DNA of 64,000 bases from Leucoraja erinacea (Eukaryota). Below, piece by piece: positions 25,225 to 39,337 of the stretch (position 1 is its first letter; the number at the start of each line of letters is the position of its first letter). The stretch is from positions 40,362,001 to 40,426,000 of the forward strand of contig NC_073379.1 of assembly GCF_028641065.1 (NCBI RefSeq). The letters are read 5' to 3'. The position numbers were made by a program, and so were the translations under genes. The notes beneath the pieces are model-generated. The model ran no database searches. It worked only from the letters and a program-made list of their open reading frames with translations, and was not told the origin of the DNA.

Positions 25225-26049
25225 TTAACAGGAAATTATAAAGCAAACTGCTGAAAGACAGGTTTTCAAAAAGTAAGTTAAATGGTTGAAAATCAATATG
25301 TAAATTATACAAAAGGCTTTTATTTTTCAAGACAAAAGTGAATTGCCCATTGATACCAATTTGTAAAGATTAAGAAAACGATAATTAAGCAAATTTCAGA
25401 TTCTCCAGTTACTTTTGATATTAACCAAGACTTGAATGAAACTGGAACGGAAAGCAAAACACATAAATCATAACCAGTTAAATATCTAAAAATATCCCAG
25501 TGCTTATGACAATTAAACACTCTTGACATGCATTGCAATGTGGTAGAATTCAGAATCAAATGTTATAAAGCAGAGCAGTAGAGCAGGAGTAAAGTATTTT
25601 GTTCAAAATTCTCTCAACAAGCAATATCTGCAAAATGCTGTCCGAAAGCTGAACAATCTATGTAAATGTGACAGAGAAATTAATTCAAACAATTTCTTTC
25701 TGTGTCTTATCTCCGAGTCAGAGGGTAGCGCTCTCTTTCCCATCAAGTCTCACTCCATAATCCCAAGCACAAAAAATGTAGCCTCAAATTAAAATGAAGT
25801 AATGAAGACATGCAGTATGTTATGTTAAAATAAGGCCCCCTGAAGTGTAATTAAAGATCCATGGCATTTCTGAAAAGTGGAAGGAATTTATCCCTTGTGT
25901 CTTTGTCAACTAATGAATAATCACAATTGTGACCCAGGATCATGCCCTGGCCCTGATTATATTATGCTGGGAGAATTTAAATGCACTCTACTGGTGACAC
26001 GGGACTTAATGGATTACACAGTACATTGATCTGCCCAGTTCTGTCTTTA

Positions 26050-26220
26050 CAGTGCCCTCCATAATGTTTGGGACAAAGACCCATCATTTATTTATTTGCC
26101 TCTGTACTCCACAATTTCAGATTTGTAATAGAAAAAAAAATCACATGTGGTTAAAGTGCACATTGTCAGATTTTAATGAATGTCATTTTTATACAGTTTG
26201 GTTTCACCATATAGAAATTA
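26050..26220. mobile_element. Solo Tc1 TIR fragment
   Basis: TA|CAGTGCCCTCCATAATGTTTGGGACAAAGACCC, near-identical to the TIRs at 11418 and 17317. Confidence 0.9.
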
Positions 26221-26748
26221 ACCTCACTGTCTTTAAAAAAACGTTAATCCTTTGAACTAGAAAACTAAACTTTACTTATGATCATATTGATGCTTCCAGT
26301 AATATGTACACCAATCAACTGCTAAATTCCCTTAATTGCAACGGTGTGTACAATTACTAATACATTGCTTGTAAAGCATTGTAATGTTCCAAGGTCATGA
26401 AAGTCATTGTGCAAATACAAGTCTATCTTGCATGAAAACTAAAATCAAATTAGAAACATTAAAATTAGGAACATTCAAATTTTACATGGGGCATAGGGTT
26501 ATAAACATCTATTTTGTATTTTTGATTACCTGTGCAAGAAACTTACATTACAAACAGCATTACTAAACAGAACAGCAAAAATAAAACAAACAAAACTAGA
26601 TACATTTTCAAATAAGAATTTAATTATTGAGGATGCACAGCAAAAGGATGAGGAAAAACTGCTAACTGTTCTCGAAATGTTTCAGTTATTCAGTTTTTAT
26701 GAATTAAAAAATATATTTTAAGGAGTATTCAAAATGTAAACTACTTAC

Positions 26749-26843
26749 TGAAGTTCCTGAATGGGTCTAGTAGGCCGCTTCCCTGCCGCTGAAATGGAAG
26801 GCGCACACACCGCATTCACTTTTAGCCTCTGTGTATCACGGAC
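26749..26843 (-). CDS. SMC5: SMC5 exon 12 equivalent (VRDTQRLKVNAVCAPSISAAGKRPTRPIQEL)
   Basis: AATCAG acceptor, GTAAGT donor, 95 nt, phase 0/2. Similar to VRDNKKLRVNAVIAP. Confidence 0.95.
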
Positions 26844-27024
26844 CTGATTTTGTAATATAGGTGTTAGTCAATTTAATTCAATGTTCCGGTTTACATAGCT
26901 CTCTCTACTTTCTCTCACGCAATCTTTCCAAAGTTTGCCGCATGTGCAAGCTATTGACATGAACAGTAGTCAGATGTATAGCAATTCTTCACATATACTT
27001 TCTTTTGGTCATTTAGCAGCTTAA

Positions 27025-29450
27025 TGAATTGAATTGATTAAATTTTATTAGCAAAGTATGTATACATACAAGGAATTAGTCTTGGTGCTTTGCTCGCAAG
27101 GATAACAACACGAAAGACAGTAGACAATTAAAAGTAAAACATTATAATCTAAACATGTGAGGAATAAAATAAAATACCGGAGCAAAAAGGGGGCTACAGA
27201 CTTTTGGCTGCTACGCAGAGCTATTGCTCGTGGAAAAAAGTTGTTTATGTGTCTGGCTGTGGCGGCTTTGACAGTCTAGAGTCGCCTCCCAGAGGGAAGT
27301 ACTTCAAAGGGTTTGTGGCCAGGGTGAGTGGGGGTCAGAGATGATCTTACCCACTCGCTTCCTGGCCCTTGCAATGTACAATTTGTCAATGGGAGGGGGG
27401 GGAAGGTTGCAGCCAACAACCTTCTCGGCATCATTGCCTGTGGTAGATTGTTTTCTCAGCTGCCGCAGGAAGTACATCCTCTGTTGGCCTTTTTGACTGT
27501 GGAGTCGATGGTGGCCTCCCATTTTAGGCCCCTGGAGATTATGGTTCCAAGGAACTAAAATGACTCCACAGATGTGACTGTGGTGTTGTTGATGGTGAGG
27601 GGGGGGGGGGGGATTTGAAGCTCTCCTAAAGTCTACAATCAATTCCACTGTCTTAAGAGCATTGAGCTCCAGGTTGTTGCGATGGCACCAGGACGCCAGC
27701 TGTGACACTTCCTGTCTGTAGGCAGATTCCTCCCCATTCTGGATCAGTCTAGTCAGATTTGTGTCGTCCGCAAACTTGAGAAGCTTGACAGAGGTGTCTG
27801 TGGAGGTGCTGTCCTTTGTGTACAGTAAAGGAGAGAGGAGAGCACATAGCCTTGCGGTGCTCCAATGCTGAGGGTCAGCGGGTCCGAGATGTACTTTCCC
27901 AGCCTCACATGCTGCTTCCTGTCTGTCAGGAAGTTGGTGATCCACTGACAGAGGGGTTCAGGCACAGTCAACTGGGAGAGTTTGGAGTGTCGTAGCTCTG
28001 GCACAATGGTGTTGAACGCAGAGCTATAATCCACAAACAAAATCTTTGCATAGGTCCCCTGGCGGTCTAGGTGCTGGAGGATGAAGTGCAGGCCTAGGTT
28101 GACTGCGTCATCCACAGATCTATTGGCCCGGAGTGCAAACTGCAGGGGGTCCATGTGATATGGGGGAAGGTGGGCCAGCACGTCAAACTGCAGGTGGGCC
28201 AGCACGTCTTTCAAGGATTTTCATGATTACAGAGGTCAGTGCGACAGGCCTGTAGTCATTAAGAACAATAATACTTGGCAATGTGGGTACAGGAACAATA
28301 GTGGAGACTTTGAAGCAAGCAGGGGCAGTGGAGGTTTGCAGGAACTGATTGAAAATGTCTGTGGAGACTGGTGCCAGTTGTTTGGCACAGAGCTTGAGGG
28401 TAGAGGGGGAAACATTGTCGAGTCCTGCACATTTCCGGCTTTTCTGTCCCCTGAATGGCTTTTCCACATCCTCAATTTCTATTGTTAGTGATGGAGGAGT
28501 GGCCTGACTGATGTTGGGGAGCAAGGAGGGGCTGGGTAGTGGAGGAGGCTCCTGTCTTTGGAGACTGGAGTCAGGCTGTGAGTATTAAGTGGTGATTGGG
28601 GAGGAGTGGGAGAGGGTACCAGGGTTATGTTTCTGTCTATCGAACCTGCAGTAGAACTCATTCAGGTCGTTGGTCAGTTGACGATTGTCCAAGGAGCAGG
28701 GGGCTTTCCTCTTGTAGCTGGTGATTTCTTGCAAGCCCGTCCACATTGAAGAGGAGCCATTAGCTGAGAACTTGCTCCTCTACTTCTCAGAGTACCTTTC
28801 CTTGGCAGCTCTGATTCCTCTTCTCAGCTTGTACTTGGCCTGTTTGCAGAGGTCTGCATCCCCGCTCCCGGAGACCTCATCTTTAGACTGGCGGAGCAGT
28901 CTGAGTTCTGCTGTAATCCAGGGCTTGTCGTTGTTGGACTTGATCCGGGTCCTAGTGGGAATGCAACTGTCCTCACAAAAGCTGATATATGATGTCGCGG
29001 TGTCTGTATATTCACCGAGGCTTGTGATTGCTTTCCTGAACACATTCCAATCAGTGCAGTCAAAGCAAGACTGTAGGTTTTCAGTGCCCTCGCTTGTCCA
29101 CTTTTTCATTGTTCTGACCACAGGCTTAGCAGATTTTAGTTTCTGCCTGTAGGTCGGAATAAGGTGAACTAAACAATGATCAGTGAGTCCCAGAGCCGCA
29201 CGGGAAACAGAGCGATATGCATTCTTAATTGTAGTATAACAATGATCGAGTGTTCTCTCCTCTCTGGTGGGGCAGGTAACATGATGTCTGTATTTTGGAA
29301 GCTCTCGGTTGAGGTTAGCCTGGTTCCATACAATAAAATCCCCCAATACAATGACCATGAAATCCGGGAAGTCACTCTCTACCCTCATTACCTTGTCAGC
29401 GAGTTGCGTTTGCGTCTCACGTATGCAGGCTTGGGAGGGGGGGGTGTAAA
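27025..29450 (-). mobile_element. Rex1/Babar-type LINE, 5'-truncated and degenerate
   Basis: [52 protein letters not shown]. Short-repeat 3' tail (tgaat)n. Confidence 0.9.
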
Positions 29451-30805
29451 AAAAGGGTATGCAATTTATAAAACCATATTCCAGATTAGGAGAACAGAAA
29501 TTAGACAGTACCGTGATGTCACTGTACCAGCCCTGGTTAGTATAGAAGCATATTCCACCGCCCGAGCAAGGAAAATCCCCATGTCAACCAAAGCAAGAAC
29601 ACAACTACTTTCAAATATAGGTCACTGGACAGCAACCGGGTCCACTTCTCTTATTTGTTTCCAAATTTAGATGCTGATTATGACTACCCACCCTCTCATC
29701 GGAGATCAGTGATGGATATTATTATATATCATTATTACAATGGTTAACAAAAATGACTGATGCAATAATAGTAAAAAAACACAAATATTACTTTACATGT
29801 ACGTTACCCATTAAAATATAATGAAGGTGCTTCCCTGCCCAAATGCAAGTGTAAATAGGAAGATCAAACATGCATTGTCTGTCATTCAAAATGGAATTAG
29901 CACTGCCACTTATTTTATTTAAGGTGCTGCTCCCGTTATAATACTGTTCAACTGATCTGTGTTCTACTGCAATAGTACAAATGTGCAGAAGATTAATGCA
30001 CAGATTGCCTCCGTGATAGCCTGCTGAAATTGGACATGAATTATGTCTCCTGTCATTTCTAATTTCCAGTTTCAAATTGTAAGATTAGTATCTTGCAGTC
30101 ACCTAATTTCCCGTCTCAAATATAATTGTAAGATTAAGTTCAAGTTAACCTTGCAGTCACATATTTTTCAGGATCTAATTCTTGTTAAGCGTTCTTCTCA
30201 TTTCTTTCCCATTTCAGCCATTTGATTTAAAGGTCCGGTGCAATGACTAGGAAAATAATATATTACAACACTGTCATTTATATTCTGGATGATAAAACTA
30301 AATTAGACACGTTTCATTTATGCCCCTTTTCAGCAGGCTTTCACTCGGGCAATCTGCTCTAATTTTCTGCTTCTCCACTACAGCATAACACAAATCAGTT
30401 GAACAGCATTAAAATGGGAATAAATCAAAGGAAGTGACAGTGGTAATTTTGGTTTGGATGGCAGTGCACATTGTCCACCCATTTGGAAATGTTGCCCTTG
30501 TGCGAAAGCAAATAAAAAGGGTGGATAAGTCTCTTGATGTTTGATTTCTGTACACTTAAGGTAGGAAATCAATAGAGCAGTGGTCACGGATTTGTTGGAG
30601 CATTAACAAGGTTGCTAAAGCGGAAGGTGGGACTTTTGAAAAATGAAACAGATTTTAAAAAAGGAGGCAAGAGAAACTGGATGGATACAGCCAATGGGAT
30701 GGTTTGGAAGAAGCAAACAAATCGCACTTTAATTGAAATACGAACACTTTTGAGGTATTGTGAAACTTCCTCTCTAATAAGAAAACTAAAAATCCTACAA
30801 ATCTA

Positions 30806-30991
<186 letters not shown>

Positions 30992-31562
30992 TCATGCTAA
31001 CAAAATGAACACCAAAATTCCCACTAATCATGAGCGTTGAAGGCAATAGATAAGAATTCCCTAATTTCCCAAAACACATTATTAAATTAAGGCACAGAAT
31101 CAAGACCATGAAAGTACAAGGTATCAGTAAGATTGCAAAGATACAATATCACGAGAAGCTGCTAAGGAGACTAGAGATTGCAGAAAGACAGTCTGGTTGA
31201 GTATCAAAAATCTTCGATTAGAGTAGGAGGCTGCAATATGTGTTGCGTTAACCTATAGAGAATATTGAAGGAAGAGAGCTTTTGGAACAGTTGGTTTATA
31301 TAAGGTCCATATCAAACAATGTAAGCATCAACCATCAGCATAGAAGCTGGCCTTTCAATGCAAATAGTTCATGCTGCATTTCACAGGAACCGTTCTTCAA
31401 AAAAATAAACTGTTGCAATGCAGTATTTAAACAGACTGCAAAATAAATAGACTGTTGCAAGTTCATAGTATACTTAGTATTCTTTAATGTAATTTAATGC
31501 CTTGTCATTGGTGTTAATGATTGGATGTTTCCTTAACCGTATATAATGGCAGAAACATTTTA

Positions 31563-31745
<183 letters not shown>

Positions 31746-32756
31746 TTAAATAGTTGCACATGTGACATAAGCAGAGTGCTTTGCTACATATCTAATGACA
31801 GAGTGATTGGTAACAATATTCAACCATTTTTCTCTGATTCAGCAGCAATAAAAAAAATCCATCAATATTTAATGTTAACATGGGTAAATTAGACATTAAT
31901 GCCTGGGTTTAATTATTCACAAGTAAACATTGACATTCAGAAACTGTTGACAGTTTATTTCACAAAATCCACTGCTGATGGGGTTTGCAATCAAATGACT
32001 GCAACATTCAGTAAGTTCCCCACTAAAGAATCAATAAAGTTAGGGCTGCCACATTCAGGAGTGAAAAACTGAGCAGTATGACAATCAAAATTTATTCCAA
32101 AACAACCTCTTTGGCCAGAAGAATTATTTTTGCAAAGGTGGAGATCTACTTCTTGCAAAAGAAAATTGGATTCAATCTTCTTTTCATCTCTTTTTTCTCC
32201 ACATCTCAATTTGAATTTCTAAATTATTTATCTGAAGTTCAGTGGATGACCGAAATCAAATTCATAGATTCTTATTCCTAGTTTGAACATTGCATTGGCA
32301 TGTATAGGATCCTTTCCTCAATGCCTCAGCCAACACCATCCTCGAAAAGAAAGCTGAAGATAAATTGCCACCCAAAATTCCATCAAAGTTTGTGGGCAAC
32401 TGACAGCAAGTTGTACTGTAAACATAAAGAGCAGACGATTCCCTTGAGAACAGAAAGATCTATAACGAGCGGGGATGAAGTGTCTATTAGGGGAGAGTAA
32501 AATCTGAAACAGTATAAATCTGCAGTGTGTTATCAGAGGTTAGGAAAGCAGAGTGGTTGTAACAGTAGGCCAGGTTTTAAAGTTATGCCATAACATATAA
32601 CAAAAATTTAATAATGAAAGTTTAATTGATAAAGTCAAAAATGTGATTAACACTAAACAAAAGAAATAAATAAATAATTGTCAGCGGGGGTATGCTGCGG
32701 CTGCTACCACGATATGTGGAAGCTTGCGGATAATATTTGCCCAAGACAACGTCTGT

Positions 32757-32835
32757 TGTCTGAAGAAGGGTCTGGACTCCAAACGTCACCAATCTATGTT
32801 CTGGAGAGATGGTGCCTGACCGGCTGAGTTACTGA
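32757..32835 (+). mobile_element. Penelope-derived short repeat with a mutated hammerhead-like core
   Basis: gtctgaagaagggtctggactccaaacgtcacc...ggctgagttact. Confidence 0.7.
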
Positions 32836-33071
32836 GGCAAAGGTCTGCAGCTCAAGGAACTTCAGGTCCGAGCTCCTGCCACCTCACGTGAATTAAATAT
32901 AAGGGATCCAGGATGTTATCCAACAGATGCCTCATGCTCGCACAATCAGTAGAGTAAAGGCTATTGTAATCTTTGAGGACAAGTGAGTGGATTGTGGCGA
33001 GGTCAAATAAACCAACCATGGTACAAGAAGCTATTTAAGTGAGGTAGAATCCAGTTCTCATGGTTCATGTA

Positions 33072-33225
33072 GATACAGAGTACAGAAAGAAGATTGAGAA
33101 CTTTGTAACATGGTGCCAAGACAATGTCAACAAGACAAAAGAGACTGTGATTAACTCCATTGATGGCACCAAATTAGAGATCAAAAGCTACAAGTTCTAG
33201 GAATAAATATCACAAGCAATTTATC
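33072..33225 (+). mobile_element. Old Rex1-type LINE RT fragment
   Basis: Translates as DTEYRKKIENFVTWCQDN..NKTKETVI. Confidence 0.6.
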
Positions 33226-34128
33226 AAGCAATTGAACATAGACTTTGAGAGTAGATTTGATGGGCCGAATGACCTAATTCTGCTCCTGCAACTTATGAAC
33301 AGTCTGCTCACCAACTAGAGTGCGGTCCTGACCTCCCATCTACCTCAATCAGACTTTATATGGCACTAACTGTTGTACCCTTTATCTGTGCACTATACAT
33401 GGCTGGATCGTACGCACGTAATTTTTTCTTTGCTTGGATAGCATGCAAGGAAATGCTTTTCACTGTACCTAGCAATAATAGGCAGAACAAAATTACATTC
33501 GTAGGATAATATAGTGCTAACCAGAGTTAGAAACGCACTTTTTGGATAAGGTGGATAGGCCATTTAGAAAAGAGGAAATATTTATTAATTCAAGGTGGAG
33601 AACGTAAAATTCACTTCCATAGAGGCCAATTTCAGACTTTTTAAAGGAGATAATTTCTAGACCCCAAAAGGCAGGGGGACAAGTTGAGAGAGGAGGAATA
33701 TGTTGTTTTTGTTAAATCGAACCACGATCAGCCAGAACGGAAAGCAACTCAAGGGGCTGAAAGGCCTATTCTTGTTCCTATATATTATTTTAAGCAGTTT
33801 TATCTTACAACAAAATCACCTTCTCACAATAAAAACTCACCATCTAATTGCCACCAATTCTTGGCCCTGCGAAACGACAATGACAGACAATTGTGTACTT
33901 TGTTCAATCTGAAGAAAATGACATCTCCCTTTTGAATAAAATCCTGACCATTTTTTATTCCACAAGAGGGTTTACCTGGTTCCATTTGACACGTTTTGCT
34001 GATTACAAAAATCCCTGCTCTAATGATACAAGTTACAATGTACTAGATATTCTATATACAGCTTGCCTCACTCGGCACCCCTGCATCTTGAATTGCTGGA
34101 ATTTAACAATTTCCAGGAAAATACTTAC

Positions 34129-34384
34129 TCTTTTTCTCTTTCTCTAAATTTTCCTTCTCTCTTCGCAGCTCTGCCTTCTCGGTGTCGATGGCTCCCTTTT
34201 CCTCTTGAACTTTCCGGAGGGCAGTGCTGATTTGGTCTATCTCGGGTTGCACATGGTCATAATTCCCTGTAGCATTTAGTTCATTTTGCAAGTCATCAAT
34301 CATTTTCTTTGTGTTGCTTATTCTTTTCTGACGGTCAATTTCTTCGTCATTTTTCATTCTTAAATTTTGCTGAACTTCTTCAAC
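34129..34384 (-). CDS. SMC5: SMC5 exon 9 equivalent (VEEVQQNLRMKNDEEIDRQKRISNTKKMIDDLQNEL...ENLEKEK)
   Basis: TATAAG acceptor, GTAAGT donor, 256 nt, phase 0/1, coiled coil. Confidence 0.97.
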
Positions 34385-35147
34385 CTTATAGAAAAATCCT
34401 CAGTCAATTAAATGAACTATATCTATCAACTGCAAAACACACCAGGTTTTTCTATTAAAGTATTGTAACTAAACCAGCAAAAATAACATACAAATGAAAT
34501 ACTTAACAGTGATGCTCTCACAAGGTAAGATTTTATTCTACTGCATGACATATTGCAGCACTGTACGTATTGAAAACTTATGAAACAATTCCTTTCCAAA
34601 AAAATATCGAATCGCTTCTAAATTTTCGCTATTGCAATAAAAAAATTGTTCCTGGATCCCAAAGGTTTCTTCATTATTCCAACATTATCCTGGTGAATCC
34701 AGCTTTATATTCCCTATGCCTTTAATATTTTTCCTTTCATGAGACTTGTTGCAGTTTTCTATCCTTGTTCCCAAAATTTATTGTTGTAAATTCATCACTG
34801 CCTGTTTAACCTAAGACCCTTTGCTCTGTTTATAAATACCTCTGTTTACAAAATGTTATTGACTCTTGAAAATTATCCACGTCACCTGAAATTATTTAAC
34901 CCTGTGAATTTTGTACCTTTTGTAAAATCACTCAAGATTTTATTCAGCGCTAATATATACATATTAGTAATGGTTCTGTGGCCTCATTAATAACATTATA
35001 TGGAGTAGAATAAACCCCTCAAAATCTCATTCATGTCACTTGCTGAAATATTCAATTGGCAACTGCTACCTCAGGAGTGAAGATCTGTACTGTTTCAGCA
35101 CTTCACAGAAACCATTGCAGAATATAGGAATGATACAAAATTTTGAG

Positions 35148-35337
35148 ATTTAATTTAATTCAATTTAATTGTCATTTGGACCCCTTGAGGTCCAAACGAA
35201 ATGCCGTTTCTGCAGCCATACATTACAAACAAATAGACCCAAGACACAACATAATTTACATTTTACATAAACATCCATCACATCGCTGTGATGGAAGGCC
35301 AAAAAAAACGTATCTCTCCACTGCACTCTCCCCCCCC

Positions 35338-35388
<51 letters not shown>

Positions 35389-36000
35389 ATGTCAGAGTCA
35401 ACGTCAAAGCCCCCGGCTGGCGATGGCGATTGTCCCGCGGCCATTAAAGCCACCCCGGGTGATGCAAGGTCGCACACCGGGTCTTGGTGTTAGAGCCCCG
35501 GGCATGCGCTCGCAGAGTCCCGCGGCCATTCCAAGCCGCGCGGGGCGGTGATGTCAGGCCCCGCTCCAGGAGCTTCAACCCCGCAACTCGGGCGGGAGAA
35601 GTCGCCGTTGCAGGAGCCCTGAAAAGCGGTCTCCCCTCCAGGGACCCGCGAGCTCCCGGTGCCGCCGTCCGCCAGACCCGCAGTTGCAGCCTCCGAATCT
35701 CCGGAGGTCGGGCCGCAGCAGCAGCAGCAACGCTCCACCACCGCTCCACCCGCTCTGGACTCGGCCAGCCCCGCAACGAGGTGAGTCGGCACCAGAGTCC
35801 CCGGTCTTCTCCTGTTGGAGGCCGCTCCACATTGCAGCCCCAACCGTGCAGGGAGAGATTTAAAAGTTACCCCCTCCCTCCCACCCCCCACACACACACC
35901 CCAACAAAAAATAACAAAAACTACATAAAAACATAGACAAAAATAATAAAAACGAGGACGGGCTGCAGAGGACGGGCTGCTGACGTGAGTCGCGCCGCCT
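35148..36000 (-). mobile_element. GC/CpG-rich non-coding retroposon-like insert containing a long homopolymer
   Basis: Short-repeat tail (atttaattta/caattta) + ttgtcat at the left end, resembling the Rex1 tail at 60758. Abrupt GC-rich body. C-run at 35330-35388. Family not identified. Confidence 0.5.
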
Positions 36001-36004
36001 ATCG

Positions 36005-36932
36005 GATCTAAAATTTAAAAAAATCAAGCCTGTAATTTATCCCATCAGATAAAACATACAAAGAAGGTTAATTTGATACCTAATTAACTTTCATATCTTC
36101 AGTATTAAAAATGGTATGGCCATTTTCATACTCGGAAATTAGCATCTTGTTCCCTCTTGCTTTTCCATTAACTTAACACAAAAGCTGTGATCGAGGACAG
36201 TCAACTGACATAAAAGCCCATAACTTTCTTAAAAATTAATAGAACCGAATGAAATTTTCAGTTATTATAGATTGAAGCATTCTGAAACAAATATGAAACA
36301 TCTTACTTGGATGACCAGAAATTAAAGCATATAATTAGTTAGTTACCTAATTGTAGCTAAGTACAAAATTGACCGTTGTGACGGAAATAGTAATAAACAT
36401 CCAGACTGCCTTGAAAATTCAAAAATGTGATATTCTCAAGATCAGAACTTTAATATTATTGTATTATATGCTGTAAGTCCGTAACAAACAGATAAAGAAA
36501 TTACAATTTCTAGCAAAAGACCAAGTCTTTATGGAAAAGATCAGTTGCTAGCTGGTACATTGGCATATCATAATCATTAGCATCATCATACTCCTCAGAT
36601 TGTAACCAATAAGCAACTCTGTACAGCCTGTTTTTCCTCAACTTTTCAATTTTGGCATTGTAAACTACATGTTTTTGCTTTTCAAACCACGCATGACATG
36701 CCATTCTGCACACTACTTTCACATTAACAATGTCCTGTAGATCATCACATTTGGAGTAGTCCAAAATTGGATAATCTCTGCGAGTGCTATCTAAATCAGT
36801 CTCTTTAGCTGAGCATTTGGATTGACAATTTTGCATTTCTTCTTTGGAGCCATCTGTTTAAAATGTAAAGAAAAAACACAGGCAGCAGGCAGATCTGGAG
36901 CGCAAGTGATAGTAGGTTTTGTAACAACGCTA
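36005..36932 (-). mobile_element. Unclassified DNA-transposon fragment with a small frameshifted ORF
   Basis: Terminus GTAGGTTTTGTAACAACGCTA (36912-36932) is the inverse of TAGGTATGTTACAAAACCTAC at 63766. ORF 36510-36836 plus an upstream MAPKKK start at 36853. Confidence 0.6.
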
Positions 36933-37404
36933 CAGAATATCACGTTATTTTGGTTCTGGGCACACTCCAAGAATTATCTCAACTCAAAATGAGTGTTCTG
37001 CTGGGCATGAGGTTAGTCCTGAAGGGTTGTCATCTTGAATTCCTGGTTGGTCACATCTGTCCTCGTTGGCTCTGAACCATTTCTGCCACTGAAGGCCCCA
37101 GTCAATGCATTCTCCATCACATGACCCACCACTGAGTCCAGCGCTTCTCCTGCTGCTGCAGTCGCTGAGGCTTTTATTGGAGCAACAGCTCCTAGTGGAG
37201 GATGAGCAGGAACAGGTACACAATATGGATCTGCTCACATGACCACGGCTTCTTCGGTGACTGCGACTTCTTCTGGAGTTTTGCCTGTCCTCTCCCCTTG
37301 TTCATGCATGCTTTTCAGTTATATTGCATTTATTTTCTTTTTTTTTGCCTTTTTTTTACGATGTGTGATGCACACCTGCACTTGTCTAACTAGTCTGCTA
37401 ATCT

Positions 37405-37630
37405 GTTTAAGAAATAACTGCAGATGCTGGTTTAAATCGAAGGTAGGCACAAAATGCTTGAGTAACTCAGTGGGTGAGGCAGCATCTCTGGATAGAAGGA
37501 ATGGGCGAAGTTTTGGGTTAAGACCCTTCTTCAGACTCGATGTCAGGGGAGGGGATGGGACAAAGATATATTGCAGACGGAGACAGTAAGTCTAGTAGGT
37601 GAACTGGGAAGGGGAAGCGGATGGAGAGAG
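37405..37630 (-). mobile_element. Penelope-derived repeat (hammerhead region mutated)
   Basis: aactgcagatgctgg...gaaggtaggcacaaaatgct...gacccttcttcagact matches 13325-13450. Confidence 0.8.
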
Positions 37631-38799
37631 AAATCAAGGGCTATCTGAATGCTAATTTGTTTACTCTTTCTGATCAGTTTTAGCAATCCATAAATTCATG
37701 CTGGATTCATTTTAGTAATCCATAATTTGACCTGCAAATGTTGTTGGAGGCGAGGTTCTTCAGCTGGTTTTCCTTCTTATATCCAATGGCAACGAGACAA
37801 AGACCAATATTTCCAGTTACTCAGTGGAGAATTACAACTGGAATCACTTCTGCTCGGGTGGATCAGCCATAAGTAGCAAAAACACACTGAATTGTTACAG
37901 ACAGAATACATTGCACGGGTTGTCATTGACCTGAACTCATTATAGCAGCTCCAGTTTCACAAATTACAATTCCCCATATCTAATCCACTAGAACATTAAC
38001 TCGGAACATTCAGACTCTGGTAAGGAATCAATCATGAGCAACCCTACCCCAGTGCTACTTCTGTAACTATCTTTGCAGATAGGAATAGAATCAGATCGTT
38101 CAGCCTCTCAAATCCATTCTGCTATTCAATAAGGATATGGCTGACTTATCTCACCTGCCTTAATTTCAAAATATTAATAACCACTTGACAAGCACTGCTC
38201 TGAAGTTTTCAAATTGAACATGTTTTTAGGAAACAGTTAAAGATTTCCACTACCCTTAGTGTGAAGAAATAATTTCTGACATCACACCAAAATGATCCAC
38301 TTAATATCCCATTCCTTGTTCTGGAGCCCGCCACCAATCACTTCCCACCTGCATCTGTCAATCCACCTAACATCCCCTTCATCAAAGGGAATAATACTTA
38401 ATACAGCCTATTGTTAAACACCATAAGGTGTTTAATTGAAGTAACACAAGACCAGATTATGCAGCCATGTTCATAACTTAAGTCACTTCAGATTCACATG
38501 TTAGTGATAAATCTACATTGCATACAAATATAAAGTTGTTCAAAACAATTATAATTTCAGAATTATACTATGATTGGCACAAAATAACTTTTTGTTTAGA
38601 ATTTAATCTTTTGTAATAATTACGAAAAAAGGTTTGAAAGATCATTTTATCCCATCCTGTTATATATAATTGACATTAAAGTGCTCAATACAGACAATAT
38701 GCTTTCTGTGAATTTTTTTATTTTTATTTTTAAATACTATTCACATCTTGTATAATAACACAAAAATGATTTGTTTTCTAAAAGCAAAAATGCACTGAC

Positions 38800-38871
38800 C
38801 TCTTTGTCTTTCCGTTCCAATAAATCTTGCTTTTGTTTGCACTCCTGAGAGATTTTCTTAATTTCTGACCC
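38800..38871 (-). CDS. SMC5: SMC5 exon 8 equivalent (GSEIKKISQECKQKQDLLERKDKE)
   Basis: TTTGTAG acceptor, GAG|GTCAGT donor, 72 nt. Similar to [24 protein letters not shown]. Confidence 0.95.
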
Positions 38872-39337
38872 CTACAAAAATAGGATTTTGCAATTATTTC
38901 AGAGACATCGCGCAAGTTCCCAATTTAATCATAACACAAATTATCTCATCAAATTAGACAGAATACACATCAGATTTTACACTGCAAAATAAATCAAGAC
39001 TAGCTTGGATTTCACTCATGCATGCAAAAGGCATGGGATAAAATCAAAGAATGGCGGCAGCACAGGAAACGGCTCAAATCTCTAGACTTGAAAGGGCAAT
39101 CTACAAAATTTGATAAATCTCATATACACCCTATCACATCCTTGCTAAATTGTGCTGCCTCAAACAAGCACTCCATTTGTGGCAGATTACTGCTTTACAA
39201 AAGAATCATCCCGATTTATTTGGCCTTGTATTCTGTTCTATCAATGTAAAGAATACCACATGCTTTTATTTAAACCAATTTTTCAACCTGCCCTGTCACT
39301 GTCCATGAAATATGTATTTACCCTCCTGATCTTTGAT

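Noticed and set aside
35143-35936. Overlapping poly-Pro/poly-Gly ORFs on both strands
   Set aside because: Produced by a C homopolymer and GC-rich, stop-poor repeat sequence.
36984-37300. Coding-looking stretch ([23 protein letters not shown])
   Set aside because: Short, with no recognisable family or splice context and no place in the SMC5 exon series.
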